The notes: a model not told the origin generated them from the sequence alone. A stretch of DNA of 64,000 bases from Octopus vulgaris (GCA_951406725.2 CATOCA020000001.1:1240001-1304000), one strand, 5' to 3'. Positions 27,428 through 42,168 are shown, counted from the stretch's first letter. Numbers and translations are program-made.

Positions 27428-28132
27428 CTGGAAGCTTTATGAAAATAAACAAAAGACGAAGGCAGGTGGAGTACAAACAAACAATTGTATTAGAATGCCG
27501 CTCAGGAATAGAAATAAAACAAGTCTTTTACGTTTCGAGCCTACGCTCTTCAACAGAAAGATACACAGAAAAGAAACACGGAGAGAAACAAGGAGAGAAA
27601 AAAATGCGTGCAGGAGTTAACGATTCAACATGGCGGTCTGATTTCAGCCAGAAATCAGAGATCAGACGTTAGACGCTAGAGGGACAGTAGGGGAGATAAC
27701 AGGGCAAGTGACCTCGCCCCAAAATAATGGTGTGTGTGTGTATAAGAGAGTATGTATGTGCGTATGAAAGATCTGGACGTGTGTATGTATGATGTGATGT
27801 GTAATGTCGTATGGTGTGGGGAAAGCCCATGTGGGGTGTGGGTTCGGATGGGGTTGGGGTAGAGGGGGTTGGGGTAGAGGGGGTTGGGGTAGAGGAGTTT
27901 GGGGTAGAGTGGGGTTTTGGGGAGAGTGAAAGGGGGAGAGAAGAGAGAGGAGGGGAGGAGGGAAGAGAGATGAGGGGGAGGGGAGAGAGGAGATGAGGGG
28001 GAGAAGGGAGGAGGAGGGAGGGATGAGGGGGAAGTGGGAGAAGGAAGGAGAGGAGAAGACGAGGGGGATATATATATGTATATATATATGTATATATATA
28101 TATGTATATATATATATGTATATATATATATG

Positions 28133-28211
<79 letters not shown>

Positions 28212-28227
28212 TATAAAAATTATTAAG

Positions 28228-28794
28228 TCTCACAAAAGGAGATTACGGCAGCGTTACTGGAAATTAATAGTTATCGCCATACTAATATGGCAGTCTAAAT
28301 ATAAGACTAAAACTGTCGCTGATTAGCTCCAAGAGGCCACCGCCTCTAGCTAGCTATATGACACACGAACCTGCGTCTATTACAACCTTCGAACAATGGC
28401 CTTTTGGAGCTGATTAGCGACAGCTTTAGTCTTATATTTAGACTGCCATATTAGTATGGCGATAACTATCAATATCCAGTAACGCTGCCGTAATCTCCTT
28501 TGGAGAGACAAGGGGATGTATTCCACTGTAACTAGGAAAATAAAATCTTCGAACAGACTGTCAGTAGCGACACCTGCTGGTTCTGACTACGCTGCATTGA
28601 TAAATGGCAACACGCTGTAACATGTCTGCAGATGTCTGACTAGCAAGGTGAAGCGGCTGACCTCCCTGTTCGAAGGTTGTAATGGACCCAGGTTCGTGTG
28701 TCATATAGCTAGCTAGAGGTGGTGGCCTCTTGGAACTAATCAAGGGCAGCTTTAGTCTTATATTTAGACTGCCATATTAGTATGGCGATAACTA

Positions 28795-28800
<6 letters not shown>
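28228..28800. repeat. Compound inverted-repeat element between (TA)n tracts
   Basis: 28228-28338 is inverted at 28397-28509, and ~28264-28396 is inverted again at ~28666-28800. Confidence 0.9.
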
Positions 28801-28838
<38 letters not shown>

Positions 28839-28968
28839 ATCACCAACAATTTAGATTCAAATAAATATGGTACTTAATTTAGATGCACCAGAATTTTGCA
28901 TGGTGTTACCCATAAAAATTCGTGGGGTGATTATAATCAAAATAAGCAACAAGAATGACTCCGCTGAT

Positions 28969-29054
28969 TTGGTACAATTGTTTCGTACTACAACATTTTA
29001 TTAAAAGCTCTAAGTATTACAGCAGATTTAAGATACTGAGTACGCTTCAGCCAA
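28969..29054 (-). ncRNA. Hammerhead-ribozyme-like motif (type I, long loop II)
   Basis: Minus strand: TTGG-CTGAAGC-GTACT-(~50 nt)-AGTAC-GAAA-CAATTG-TA-CCAA. Stems I and II pair; stem III is a palindrome; one core position deviates. Confidence 0.6.
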
Positions 29055-29304
29055 TTTATATAGGTTTTCCAATAATATAAAAGCTTTCAAATCAAGTAGT
29101 AACATTTTAGAGAAGGTAAATATACAGATAAAGATGTGGATATAAATTTTAGGAACATATGAGGTTGTGAAGTTCAGCTGCTAACTGACCAAAACTCTGC
29201 TTGTATCTGACTGCTATAAGAATTTTTTAGTTTTAGGAATGAGGGTAAGGGAAAGTTTCAGAATACCATAAAGGAAATTCAGGCTGTCACTAAACAAAAA
29301 GCCA

Positions 29305-29374
<70 letters not shown>

Positions 29375-29988
29375 ATATATATATATATATATATAAAAAT
29401 TGGACATGGGCGATCGTTGTATTCTTTCTTGTCTTGAGGTTCACAGCCAAACGGCTGGGTGGATTCGCATGAAATATGGCACACATGTGGAGACGGGTGT
29501 ACAGATTGGAATGCAGTTTGTATGTTTTCCTATCCCCCATAGTTACCGAGAAAATCGATTAACACTTTTTTTAATGGAATTCCCCCGCCAACATACATAA
29601 CCTCTCTCTACTTTTCTGTTACTCACTCCGCACACCCCATCCAACACACACACACACACACACACTCTCTCTCTGTCTCTCACGCACGCGCTCTCTCTCT
29701 GTCTCTCTCTCACACACACAAACTCTCATACACACACAGCACGCACATCAATTCTTCCGCTTCACGCCAACTTCAAAGGACGTTCACTCATGCAATCATC
29801 CTGTATCTTATTTCTTTTTTGCTCACAAGGGGCTAAACATAGAGGTCCTGTATCTGCCTCTTTCGCTTTCACAAGGACTTCAAAAGATCCCCTTTCTAAA
29901 TCTCCAGATATAAACACAACCGCCCCACCCTGCTGACTGCAAAAATCCTGCCAAATTCGCCGGAAAAACACACACATACACACGTCAA

Positions 29989-32900
29989 TCTCTCTATATA
30001 TAAAACTGAGAATGTGTGTCTGTCTGTCTGTGTGTTTCCCTAAAACTTGTGAACTGCACAACAATTTCATTCAAATTTTCCACATGCCTTACTTAAGGTC
30101 CAGGGAGTGTCATGGTAAAAAAAAATCAACTTTTTCCCTAGGGCAAGCTCACAGCAATATCATATCTTCTCCACTATCTCAGTCTTACGTGTTAAAAGTG
30201 AAGCAAAAACATATCTTTATTGTAATGCAGGTACTTTCACCTTAATACTGAAACTATGAAAGTGAAAGTATTATATAATAGGGATCAACCATTAACAGTG
30301 GTCATCCATTTTGCTAGAAGAAGATCCACTATGTTCTTATGTGCTACACCACTGGTTTTCAATACATATTAATCAAATTAATATTCAATTTTTCACCCTT
30401 ATTATATGTGTCTGTGTGTGTATTAGCAATTCGTATAAAATTGCATCAATGACTTGAAATTGAATAAGTGGTTTCACATAAATGGGGATAAATTAAAAAG
30501 GTTTGTTTTTATTATTATTACTGTTTGACTATTGTAATCACGTTTGTTGGTTCCTCGTCAGGGAAACGTTGTTGTGTTGCATTTGTTATATAATTGTAAA
30601 CCGTAAGCCTTCCCCTTTCTGAGAAGGGCTTTGGTTATTGTTTAAAAATTGAATTGTGTCCCTGTTTGGGGAAATTGACAATACTTTCACCGTCTTTACG
30701 GAATCATTTTTGTTAAAATGCCTTCGATAGAAGAAAGTCCAAAAATGAATTTCGCTGCAGCTGTACACTTCTATACAAGAGGGAGGACAAGATCCAATTG
30801 ATCAAAATTGCAAGAGACGGGCCTACAATTCCAGTCTGTTATATATTATGAGTATTGTTATCACTTGCGATATCAAGATATAACTTTGTATTTTGTATTT
30901 TATGTGTAGATGTATATATATAAATGTACATGTAATATGTACACATATATATACTCATATGTACATGCATAATATATCTACCCATACACACATACGCACA
31001 CACACACATGCATAGGGGCAGGTGTGGCTGTGTGGTAACAAACTACGTTCCAAACACATGGTCCTGGGTTCAGTCCCACTGTGTGGTGACTTGGCATGTG
31101 TCTTCTGCTGTAGCCTGAGACCAACAAAAGCCTTCTCGGTGGATTTTGTACATATATACAGGCATACATATATATATATATACATGCATACGTACATATT
31201 CGGCATAAACACTCTACCACTACAACTAATAACTGTTGGTAACACTTTCAAACCTGCCTTACATTCGAACCGGAATCTCAAAAACACTGTCCCCTTCAGC
31301 GCCATGCTCAACTGCTCTATCCTGACATGGAGGGTATCAGCAATGAAATCTATAACAAAACACTCATTGACATTGAAGACAGAATTGCTAAACTGGGTGG
31401 AAAGGAATTGTCGACGTATAGCCTGCCACAAGCATTCAGGTGAGGGTCAAATAGCCTTCCCACTGCTGTCATTCGTGAAACAACTTACGACACTCAAGCG
31501 CTTTCAAAGTACATTGTTGAAAATGAGCCTAAATTACTTCCGGACCAGCTGCAGGCCTACAGAACTATTCTTAACAGTGTACGCCAACGCGATGGACGAA
31601 TCTTCCTCGATGCTCCTGGAGGGACAGGAAAACATTTATTACAAAGCTTCTCCTTGCAGAAGTTAGGCAGCATCAGGACATTGCAGTAGCTGTAGCCTCC
31701 TCTGGCATTGCAGCTAATTTGTAACCCGGTGGCAGGACAGCACACTCAACTTTTAAACTCCCTCTCAATTTAGCAGCATCCGAAATGCCTTCATGCAACA
31801 TCAACAAAAGCTCAGATCAGGGACAAGAACTTAAAATGTGTTATCTAATTGTCTGGGATGAGTGCACTATGGCTCACAAGGGAGCTTTGGAAGCATGAGA
31901 TAGAGCCCTGAAAGACATCCGCGACTGTCAGGCTCCGATGGGAGGTGTAACGCTTCTGTAGTCAGGTGATTTCAGACAAACTCTTCCTGTCATTCCGAAA
32001 GGCACTAGAGCAGATGAAGTCCAAGCATGCCTAAAGTCCTCTAACCTGTGGCATCATGTTACAATCCTCAGTCTCACCACTAACATGAGAGCTCAGCTAC
32101 ACGGCGACAAAATGTCCGCAAAGTTTGCACATGACATTTTGACACTTGGTGAAGGCAAGATGCCTCTCGATGCTGCAGGACAAATAGAAGTGTGGTCATT
32201 TTCCTGTGTTGTTAATTCTGTAGATGACCTAAAAAACAAAGTCTTTCCCAGCTTCACACAAAACTACCAAAATCACAATTGGCTGTGTGAAAGAGCAATA
32301 TTAGCTCCAAAAAACGTCGCTGTTAACAAAATCAATCAACAGCTAATGCATTCTCTTCCCGACAGTATACACACTTACAAGTCTGTTGATACAATTCCAC
32401 ATATAAATGAAGTTGTGAACTATCCTCCTGAATTTCTCAATTCACCGGAGCCTCCTGGTCTACCTCCACACATATTAGCACTTAAAGTTGGAACTCCTGT
32501 AACGCTACTCCGCAATCTGGAACCACCAAGACTTTGCAATGGAACACGACTGGTGATAAAGAAAATCATGTCACACGTTATCGAGGCAATCATTCTTTCT
32601 GGATGTGGAAAAGCTGATGACGTCTTTATTCCAAGATTTCCTCTTACTCCATCAGGAGCAGAAATTCCATTTACATTCAGAAGATTGTAATTTCCCCTTC
32701 GTGTCAGCTTTGCCATGTCCATTAACAAATCTCAGGGTCAAACACTCTCTGTAGCTGGTCTTCTCTTGGAAGAGCCCTGCTTCTCGCATGGGCAACTGTA
32801 TGTTGGCTGCTCAAGAGTAGGAACCAAAAGAAACCTTTTTGTATATGCTCCACAAGGGAAAACAAGGAACATTGTTTACAACGAGGTGTTATAATCTCAA

Positions 32901-33076
32901 CAGCCAGGAGGTATATACATGATACCCTTTTTTTAACAAACTTCATGTACTTTCATGTATTTATATTAATATACATATATATAGGTGTGTGTGTGTATCC
33001 ATATATATATATATATAACAAAATAGTCTAATTCTTCAATTGAATGTACCCGGGCAACGCCAGGTATCTCTGCTAG
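29989..33076 (+). mobile_element. Inner Helitron (internally deleted; PIF1-like helicase only), inserted at an A|T site
   Basis: Starts A|TCTCTCTATATATAAAA and ends CCCGGGCAACGCCAGG...CTAG|T. Frames contain FLDAPGGTGK, IVWDEC, GDFRQTLPVI, LCNGTRL and FAMSINKSQGQTL. Confidence 0.92.
31015..31160 (+). mobile_element. Truncated tRNA-derived SINE inside the inner Helitron
   Basis: GGTGTGGCTGTGTGGTAAC...GGGTTCAGTCCCACTG, same family as 9479/12913. Confidence 0.8.
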
Positions 33077-34354
33077 TTTCATATATTTTCTTTCACTTTC
33101 TGCTCTCTTGATTACACAGACGTCCAATACAATAGCTACATTTTCGTTCTCTAAAAAAGGTACGTGTCTATTTTTCTTATAAGTGTATACCAATGACTTC
33201 TTCCATAATTTTCCACTTAGCTTTTATCTTCACTTTTCTTAAATTGGATACGTCTGCTATTAAGTTGCAGAACTTTGGCAGTATAATTAAAAATTCATTT
33301 CTGCTTTAATTCTTACATACAATTTGCCTGTAAATTCTTACAGCTTCATTTTTTGGCGATGATTGAAATGTCAAACATTTTCTAACTGTTAAATCAATTC
33401 TTAACGTCAACTTCTTACTACCTCTTCTATTTTTTTCATAGCACCCATACTTTCCGTGAAAATCGATAAAAACTTCTTCCCCACTTCGTTCTTCCATTAA
33501 AACAACCAGTTGTTCACACAGCCACCATATACTTTTCCGCGAGCAACAAGGGGACTACAGGATGAGTTAGCTAAAACTTTCCCTATGCTGTCTCTCTTCT
33601 TTCACCTCTTCGTGGGGTTAATTATCTTCAACGTTAGTTACCTTTTCTCCTTGAAACTACATATTACGCACAATTGTTGGATTAATACAGTGGGGTGTTT
33701 TGTGGGAGATTTGGCTGCTATTTCTACTAGGTCTACCTACCATGTAGACGTCGGAACTTAATTTTCATTCACAGATTTGCATTTCAAAAATTTAACATAA
33801 TCTTTTCCATAAATCAACTATCGAAAAATTTTCTACCATCACGTCACATTTTCTATGTATGTGTGTGTACCTTAAAAGACGTGATTAGACGGAGGTCCAA
33901 CAGAATAGTTCTCACAAACAGACTACGTACAAGTTCTTTCTTCACAACTCCTGAAGCTGTTTTCTGCGAAGATATTTTCACTTGTCCGGGCATTGCTATT
34001 ACAGACAAATTAACAACAATTCCACTCCAGAGATAAACACAAACCACCTCTTGCTGACTGCAAAAGTCCTGCCAAATTAGCCGGAAAACACACACACACA
34101 CGTCCATTTCATATATCTTCTTCAAAGCTGCATGCTTTTTTTGAAACATTTCACTATTTTTTTCTTATTTATCGTTATACGTTTCCAACTATAATAACAG
34201 ATAAAGATTAATACTTTGTTCAACAACATTAACGTTTCACTTTCAGACACAGGTTCAAGTTGCAAAAAAAAAACTTAACTTTCGTTACAATTATTTTTTG
34301 CTTCTTCAAAAAATTTCATGACGTTTGCCTCAGTAAAAACCATCTTTACAGATA

Positions 34355-37300
34355 ATGCCTAACCGAAAACAATCAATGCTCTGTACCAAAAGGAATGCCC
34401 TCCTAAAACAGCGAAAAGGGAGTTGCGTTCACAGGTACGTTTTTCAACATTCATATCATTTCGATTTTGCTTCTACACATTCTCCTCCTGTATCCCATTT
34501 CAATATTGCACTTTCATATGTTTTCTACTATTCCTTTCAGGAAACACAAGAAGCAAGAGAGGCCCGTCTTGCTGATCAGCGTAGTCGTGATCAACGCTCA
34601 CTATGTGACGAACCTGTTGAAGCAAGGCAGACCCGTCTTGCTTTCATGCGTATTCGAAATCGGCGCTCACTCCTTGTGGTGTCAGAAGAAGCAAGGCAAG
34701 CTCGTCTTGCCGCCCAGCGTAGTCATAATCAACGCTCACTCCTTCAGGAGCCTGCTGAAGCAAGAGAGGCCCGCCCAGCTGCCCAACATAGTCAACGCCA
34801 GATATCAAGTCTTCAGGAATCATCGGAGGCTATGGAAAACAGGTTGGCAGGTCGACGTCAAAAAAATATTGCTGCTGCAAGGGGCGCATTTTGGGTGAGA
34901 GCTGGATTCAGATACAGTCCTGCTGATGATTTCTCCAATCACCTGGACGTGACTCTTGGTAAAATGGACAGGGAATGCCGATTTTGTCAAGCTAAGTAAT
35001 GGGCTGGTGAGGCAGCTGGTCTTTGTTGTTCTGGAGGCAAGGTTCGATTTCAGCCGCTCGCAGATCCACCTGAAGTTCTGAAAATCTCCTCCTCAATAGC
35101 TCCGACTACGCCAAGAAATTCCGAAAAGGCATTTGGAGTTATAACTCCTGCTTCCCTATGAACTCTTTTGCCGTAAAGAACATCCACGACAAACATAACA
35201 TCAACAACGTCAATATTGATGGAAATTGGGCGGTTAATCCTGCAAACAAAAAAAGGAGTTGCATTACACCTTCAAGATTCAAGGTCAATGTTATCATCGC
35301 ATGGGAAGTCTTTATCCTCAGCCTACCAAGGAACCCAAGTTCTTTCAGATTTTCTTCATGGGTTGTTCAAACGCAGAAGGTATCCAACGGTGCAACAGAA
35401 ATTCAGATGTTGACGCAGCAATTGTTGCTGAACTCCAACATATGCTTCATGCAACACACCCTTATGTCAACGAATTGAAGAATGCGTTGCAGATTTTGGA
35501 AGCCCAACCTGAGCTAAAATTTATAATTAAAGCCTAGAGGCGACCTGCTGGTGAGCACCCGCGACCTTTCAATGCTCCAACCACCAACAAGGTTGCAGCA
35601 ATCATAGTCGGCGAAGAAAATGGCAAGCGTGATATTGTCTTCCAGCACCGCGATAGCCGACTGTCTTTTGTTTCGGAAACCTATCGGTCTTACGACTGCC
35701 TGCAGTACTCCCTACTGTTTCCCCTTTGGAGAGGATGGCTACAGCTTTCACCAACGCCATGTTGATCCAATCACGGGTGCTGAATTAACCAAGGCTGTTT
35801 CCTGCAAGGAATTCTATGCCTTCCGTCTTATGGTCAGAGAAGGTCAGTTCAACCAACTACTACGGTACAAGTAAGTCACAAATCAATTCTTGGTTGACAT
35901 GTTTGCCAAGGTTGAAGGTGAAAGGTTTCTTTGTATTCGTTAAAATCAAAAGAAATTGCGTGTGGATCGATATCTTACCGTTCATGTCCAGCTGTATGTT
36001 AATGCAAGAAACATTGGCCTTCCGGTGATACGTCCTTCCAGCCATACCGGGTCTCGACGGTATATGCATCAGCGGACACAGGATGCCATGGCATATGTCC
36101 GTAAATTTAGCGGACATGACCTCTTAATCACCTTTACGTGCAACTCAACTTGGCAAGAGATAAAGGAAAACTTATTCGAGGGCCAGGCTGCATGCGACAG
36201 GCACGACTTAGTGGCCAGAGTTTTCCACGGAAAATTGCAGAAATTTATGTGGTTATTGAAAATTGATGCTGTCTACAGAAAACTTAACGCGTGGATGTAC
36301 ACTGTAGAATGGCAAAAGCGGGGTCTTCCACACACCCATATACTGATTTAGTGCCAAGAAATAATCAGACCTGCGGACATCGATCAAATTAAATGTGCAG
36401 AGTTGCCCAAACCTAATGTCAACTTGCAGCTATTCCAAATCGTGTCGGCGCATATGATACACGGGCCCTGTGGTGTCTTGGATCCTAATTCTCCATGTAT
36501 GGAAAAAAATAGATGTTCAAAGAACTATCCCAGGGCTTTCAACAAGGTTACATTTACTAGTATTTGCGGCTACCCAATTTACTAACGACGTGCCCCTCAC
36601 TTTGGAGGAATTTCGGCGAAAAAAAGGATAAGGAGCAAGGAAATTGCCATCAACAACAGTATGGTTGTTCCCTACAGCCCTTTCCTCCTTAAAACTTTCA
36701 ACGCCCACATCAACGTTGAATCTTGCACTTCGATTAAAGGCATCAAGTACATATGCAAACATGTAAAGAGGGGCAGCGACATGGCTGTTTTGGGTGTGCA
36801 TGATGAAGAAACAGCCAACGATAAAATCCTTCAATACGTTATGGGCAGGTATATTTCGTTCAATATGGCGGCATGGCGCATTCTAGATTTTGATATTCAC
36901 CAGTCCTCTGCAGCTGTTTTTGGCCTAGATGTACACTTAGAAAATAGGCAACGTGTTTACTTCACTGAGAACACCGCCGCAAATGTACTCAAAAAGCCAC
37001 CGGAAACAACGCTTACAGCATTCTTTAAGTCGTGTACTTCCGATTCCTTTGCGCAAACTCTACTTTATGACGATGTACCGTCCTACTTCACTTGGACTAA
37101 CAAAAAATGGCAAAGGTGTCGGCAGGGTGTGCGAATCGACAATGAGGTTGGCGAGGTAATCTACAAAGGAAACATGATCGATCGTGTCCACACTGTACAC
37201 CCAAATCATCAGGAGTGATTTTTTGGGATGATTCTGTTTCATATGAAAGGCCCAACATCATTTGCCCACGTCAGATCATTCGATGGACAAATGTGTTGCA

Positions 37301-39091
37301 CTTACAGGGAAGCTTGCTTGCGACGGGGACTACTCGAGGATGAGGGTCTCTGGAACACGGCATTGCAAGAGGTCTCTGAAAGCAGGACACCAGAAGTAAT
37401 GCGCTGAATATTTTGTCTCGTCTTGCTATTCAGTAATGTGTCTGACCCTCTTCATTTGTGGGACACATTTAAAGATAGTTTTTCCGAAGACTATCTCCGA
37501 CGACTTCAAGCCGAAGATCCAACGGCTGGATTCGACTTCAATGACGTCATCTACAACACAGCCCTCCTCGATTTGCAATCGCGACTGCAAGCTATGGGAG
37601 GAGTTGGAGTACTCAGATTTCAGTCTGCCGTCTCCGCGGGACATTTCAAATGCTTTAGCTGCTGAGTACATGTGAGAGTTGAGCTACAACACGCAGGAAA
37701 TGGTGGCGCAGGTTGCTCAGGATGTGCCTAGACTTTTGGAAGTACAGAGAATTGAATACAACAGGTTCCTCGCAAGTATTAATTCCAACGAATGACATTT
37801 TTTTTTTTGGATGCTCCCGGCAGAACCGGAAAAAACGTTTCTCATGAACCTCCCACTCGCCAATATTCTCCAGGGAAATGGGATTGCCATAGCGGTTGCA
37901 TCCAGCGGCATCGCAGCAACTTTACTGCATGACGGTCGTACGGCACACTCAGCATTCAAATTACCACTAGACTTGACCAAACAGGGAAATCCAACTTGCA
38001 ATGTTAGTCGCGGCTCAGCCATGGGGAATCTTCTCACTGAGTGCAGCCTTATCATTTGGGATGAGGAAGCCATGTGTTATAAGGCAGCATTTGAGGCGCT
38101 CGAGCGGTCTCTTCAAGTTCTGAGACGCAATATGAGAGTGGAGAGTGGAGTGATTGTTCTGCTTGCGGGCAACTTCCGACAAACTCTACCTGTCATTCCC
38201 TGGCGGACAAGAGCTAACGAAGTAAATGCTTCCATAAAATCATCCTAGTTATGGCACCACAGCGAGAAACTTCACCTGACTACGAACATGAGAGTTCAAA
38301 TGTTTGGCGACGAAAATGCGGCCACATTCTCGGCGCAGCTTCTCGATGTTAGTAATGGAACTGTAGCTGGCGATACTGATGGTTTCATCCATTTACCATT
38401 TGGTAACATCGTGCCTACCAAAGATGATTTGATTTCTGCAGTTTTTCCTGACATTGCAAGCCAAAGCCTTCACACAACTTGCCTACAAGGAATAGCAATT
38501 TTGGCGCCTCACAATAAAACAGTCGACGCTATCAATAATAAACCTTTTGATCTGCTTCCTGGAGAAAAACTCTCCTTCAAGTCCATTGACACGCATGAAA
38601 ACCTGGATGATATGACCGTTTTCGCAACAGCATTTCTTAATTCCCAAACGCCCACAGGACTTCAGCCTCTGGAACGCCATCTCAAGGATGGCGTGCCCAT
38701 CATGCCGCTGCGGAATTTGGATGCTGAAATAATGTGTAACGGCACGCGGATGATAATAAAATATATATACTCCCGAGTTCTGCAGGCAAACATCTTGAAT
38801 GGACCAGCCACTGGTGAAGATGTTCTTATAACCCCAATATCCCTCACTCCCTCCGGCACGATCTACAAATTTAAGCGGCTTCAATTTCCTATCAAACTCT
38901 ACTTTGCTTTGAAAATATATAAGGTACAAGGTCAATCATTGCAAATGGTTGGTTTAAATCTCACAGAACAAGTGTTCTCCCATGGTCAACTCACCGTTTG
39001 ATGCTCCCATGTTGGCGGCACACGAAGTCTAGACATTTGTGCATCAGAAGGGAAAACGAGAAATGTGGCCTACAAAGAAGCGCTCCACTGA
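34355..39091 (+). pseudogene. Helitron RepHel pseudogene (HUH Rep + PIF1-family helicase)
   Basis: Rep motifs ITFTCNSTW, VEWQKRGLPHTHIL (HUH) and HINVE..IKYICK. Helicase motifs VASSGIAATLL..GRTAHS, IIWDE, CNGTR, QGQSL and FSHGQL. Probable GT-AG intron at 34435-34540. Many stops. Confidence 0.95.
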
Positions 39092-39207
39092 AAAGATGGC
39101 ATTTCTTCACATCTTTCAAAACACCCCAGTCATCTGCCGCCTCAAAAGCTTCGTAGCCGCCGTTCCAGCCAATGTAACTCAATGACACACACCATCACTC
39201 ACTCACC

Positions 39208-39257
<50 letters not shown>

Positions 39258-40044
39258 TGTCCATTTCACATATCTTTCAATTTCCTGTCTCTGTAAAGAA
39301 AGTTTTTATGGATACAACTGCTTAGAAAAATAGTGATTAATGTATAATTTCTTTCTATCTTCATAATTAAATAAATGTTTTAATGATTAGACAGTGGTCC
39401 AATGCAATAGCTCTCAGAAACAGACTACGTACAAATTCTTTCTTCACATCTCCTGAAGATGTTTTCTTACAGCGGGCTGGGTTGTGATGGAAAGAAATGT
39501 TCATATAGCTGGAGGCTCCAATCGAAACGGGAGACCCGAAATGATAAGGTTGAGAAACGTTGTTATAGATTATGCCTAACCGAAAACGATCACACCCACA
39601 TCATCCAAACAGACCGGGTGAAACCGGGCTTAGCTGCTAGTATACCTATATTTACATATGTACGTATATGCAAACTTCCTGTTAACAAAAGTCGGGATGC
39701 GTGACGTTCAGTTATTCCATAAATGTAAAATGTATTAAATACTACAAAACATACAAAAGAAACTTGCCCAAGGTGTCATGCAGTGGGACTTAACCTGGAA
39801 TCATGTGGTTCGGTGGCATACTTCTTAGCGCACATCTACTCCTGCGCCTACACACAGACGCACACACACACACACACACGCACACACACAAAAACACACA
39901 CACAGTCACATACACACACTCTCATACACACAGAAGAAAGCACTACAGACACACGCACACACACATATATGTACGTAACTATAGTTATGTGTTTATGTGG
40001 ATAATTTGATGTGGATAATATTAATACATACACGCATATATATC

Positions 40045-40094
<50 letters not shown>

Positions 40095-40662
40095 ATATAT
40101 TTAGCCACTTTAAAGTGATCATGGGCAATATTTTTGCTTCTTATACTGCTTCTTTCATGAACAGAGATTTTCTAACATTTTAGTGTCCTAGTCACACAAT
40201 CAATGACACTATTTTCTATATATTGCAATCGAAGTAAATCCTGACATGCCTGGCCACGACTACCCACCTCTAAGGAGATCAAATACAGATCGAAACCTGT
40301 GGGCTAGAGTCTTTAAGCTAGTGAAGCAGGTGTTATCTCCCGATTGAACTAAATGTCGAGTGTGAGAAGCGAACTGAATAAATCAACTGATGTGTTCCTG
40401 TGGTTAAATGGCAGTATAGTCGTATCGTAGACGACAGATTGATAGATAGAAACATAGAAAGAGAGGGAGAGAGAGAGATAATATAGATATAGATATATAT
40501 TTACAAATATATATATAAATACACAAATACAAGCAGATATATGTATATGAGATAGATGTATGCATGTATAAATATTTATTTAGTATCTCTAATGATTTTC
40601 TCTGCCTCCGAAACCCTTCGTTTTCTATACAATTCTACAATATAGAATTTCTTCAACTGCTA

Positions 40663-40709
<47 letters not shown>

Positions 40710-40710
40710 A

Positions 40711-40743
<33 letters not shown>

Positions 40744-40769
40744 TGTATGAAATACTTACATAACTATAA

Positions 40770-40836
<67 letters not shown>

Positions 40837-40850
40837 CATATATATGCATG

Positions 40851-41618
40851 TACGAGGTCGTTTCGAAATTTCACGAACGAGTTCTATAGCACGCAAACGA
40901 TTTTATGCGATGTGATAGCTAGCAGTGACCTTCATGAGGCAGCCTTCTGAGTGACATCGCTGTATATACTTCGCAAGATGTGGAATTTGCATTTCGGTGA
41001 TAATGTCATCTGCGATTCTTGTCATGAAGAGGAAATTGGAAGACATGAAGAAAGTGTAATTTTACGTTAAAATTGGGAAGTCTGCTACAGAGAGATTGAG
41101 CATGCTTTGGAAAACTTATGGCGGCGATACAGTGGGTCGTATGTAATGTTTCGACTGTATGGGCGCACGAAAAAATCACAGCTTAATCAAGACCATGTTC
41201 ATCATTTTTTCCGACATCCTCGGTATTGTGCATTAGGAGCTTTTTCGGAAAGGACGTTCGGCGAAAATGACCGGTTCTGTGATTCGCGATGTATTGAATT
41301 TTTCACGACAACAATGCACCTATCACCTCACTCGTAAGTTTCTTGCCAAAAGCAACATGCTATCGCTTCTGCACATGCCCTATTCGCCAGATTTACCACC
41401 TGCTGACTTGCATGTGTTCCTCAAGATGAAAAATCAGCTCAGAGGTCGAGATCAAGAGCGAATTTAACACCTTCATCGAGTTCAAGAGGTCCTCGACTCG
41501 CCTATGGAAAACTACATCCAGGTCGTAGATTCCAAAAGTGTCAGAAAAGCCGGGGCAGTTGTATTATTGCTCAGGTAACATGAGTTACTTTTATCAAACA
41601 TAGCTCGTTCAGGAACTT
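40851..41618 (+). mobile_element. Degenerate mariner-like element
   Basis: TACGAGG 5' end, HDNAP-like motif and PYSPDLPPADLHVFLKMKNQLRG (YSPDLAP motif). Paralogous to 60978-61831. Confidence 0.85.
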
Positions 41619-42068
41619 TATATATACGACGGGTTTCCTTCAGTTACCGTGTACCCAATTAACTAACATACACGGGTTTGTTCGGTTGGAGACCAGAGTA
41701 CACGCAGAAGGACTAAATACACAAGCAAATTCTTATCACACAACCATGCCAACGCCTAAGCGTATGCACACACACTCTCACACACACACACACAGACACA
41801 CACTCACTCACACACAAACACACACACACTCACTCACACACACAATACACACACTCACGTTTGACGGAAATGGAAAATGGATTTTACGAGATTCGTTAAT
41901 CATTACTGCCGTTTCAACCCGTCTGCAATCGGCCCCTCACGGATGAGATAATGGTCGATTGGCCGCGGTGCATCTTTCTTTGCAGATGTTTCTCATCAGT
42001 TGACATTTCAAAAAGTACTCTGCTCAATAAACTCGGTTTCACTTGGTTCGATTATAATGTATTTCGTT

Positions 42069-42070
<2 letters not shown>

Positions 42071-42132
<62 letters not shown>

Positions 42133-42160
42133 TATAATAAATAATAATAATAATAATAAT
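42071..42160 (+). repeat. (TAA)n microsatellite, 5' flank of the R4/Dong-like element
   Basis: Direct inspection. Confidence 0.97.
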
Positions 42161-42168
42161 TATATAAA

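Larger units (their letters stand above)
29385..39640 (+). mobile_element. Outer Helitron with degraded Rep/Helicase gene
   Basis: 5' TATATATAAAAATT.. emerges from (TA)n (exact start uncertain). 3' hairpin CCGGGTGAAACCGG and CTAG|T at 39637-39641. Internal repeats at ~29905/34028 and ~33903/39406. Confidence 0.8.

Noticed and set aside
32085-39001. Host PIF1 helicase genes
   Set aside because: They lie within Helitron termini next to HUH Rep motifs and are full of stops and frameshifts.
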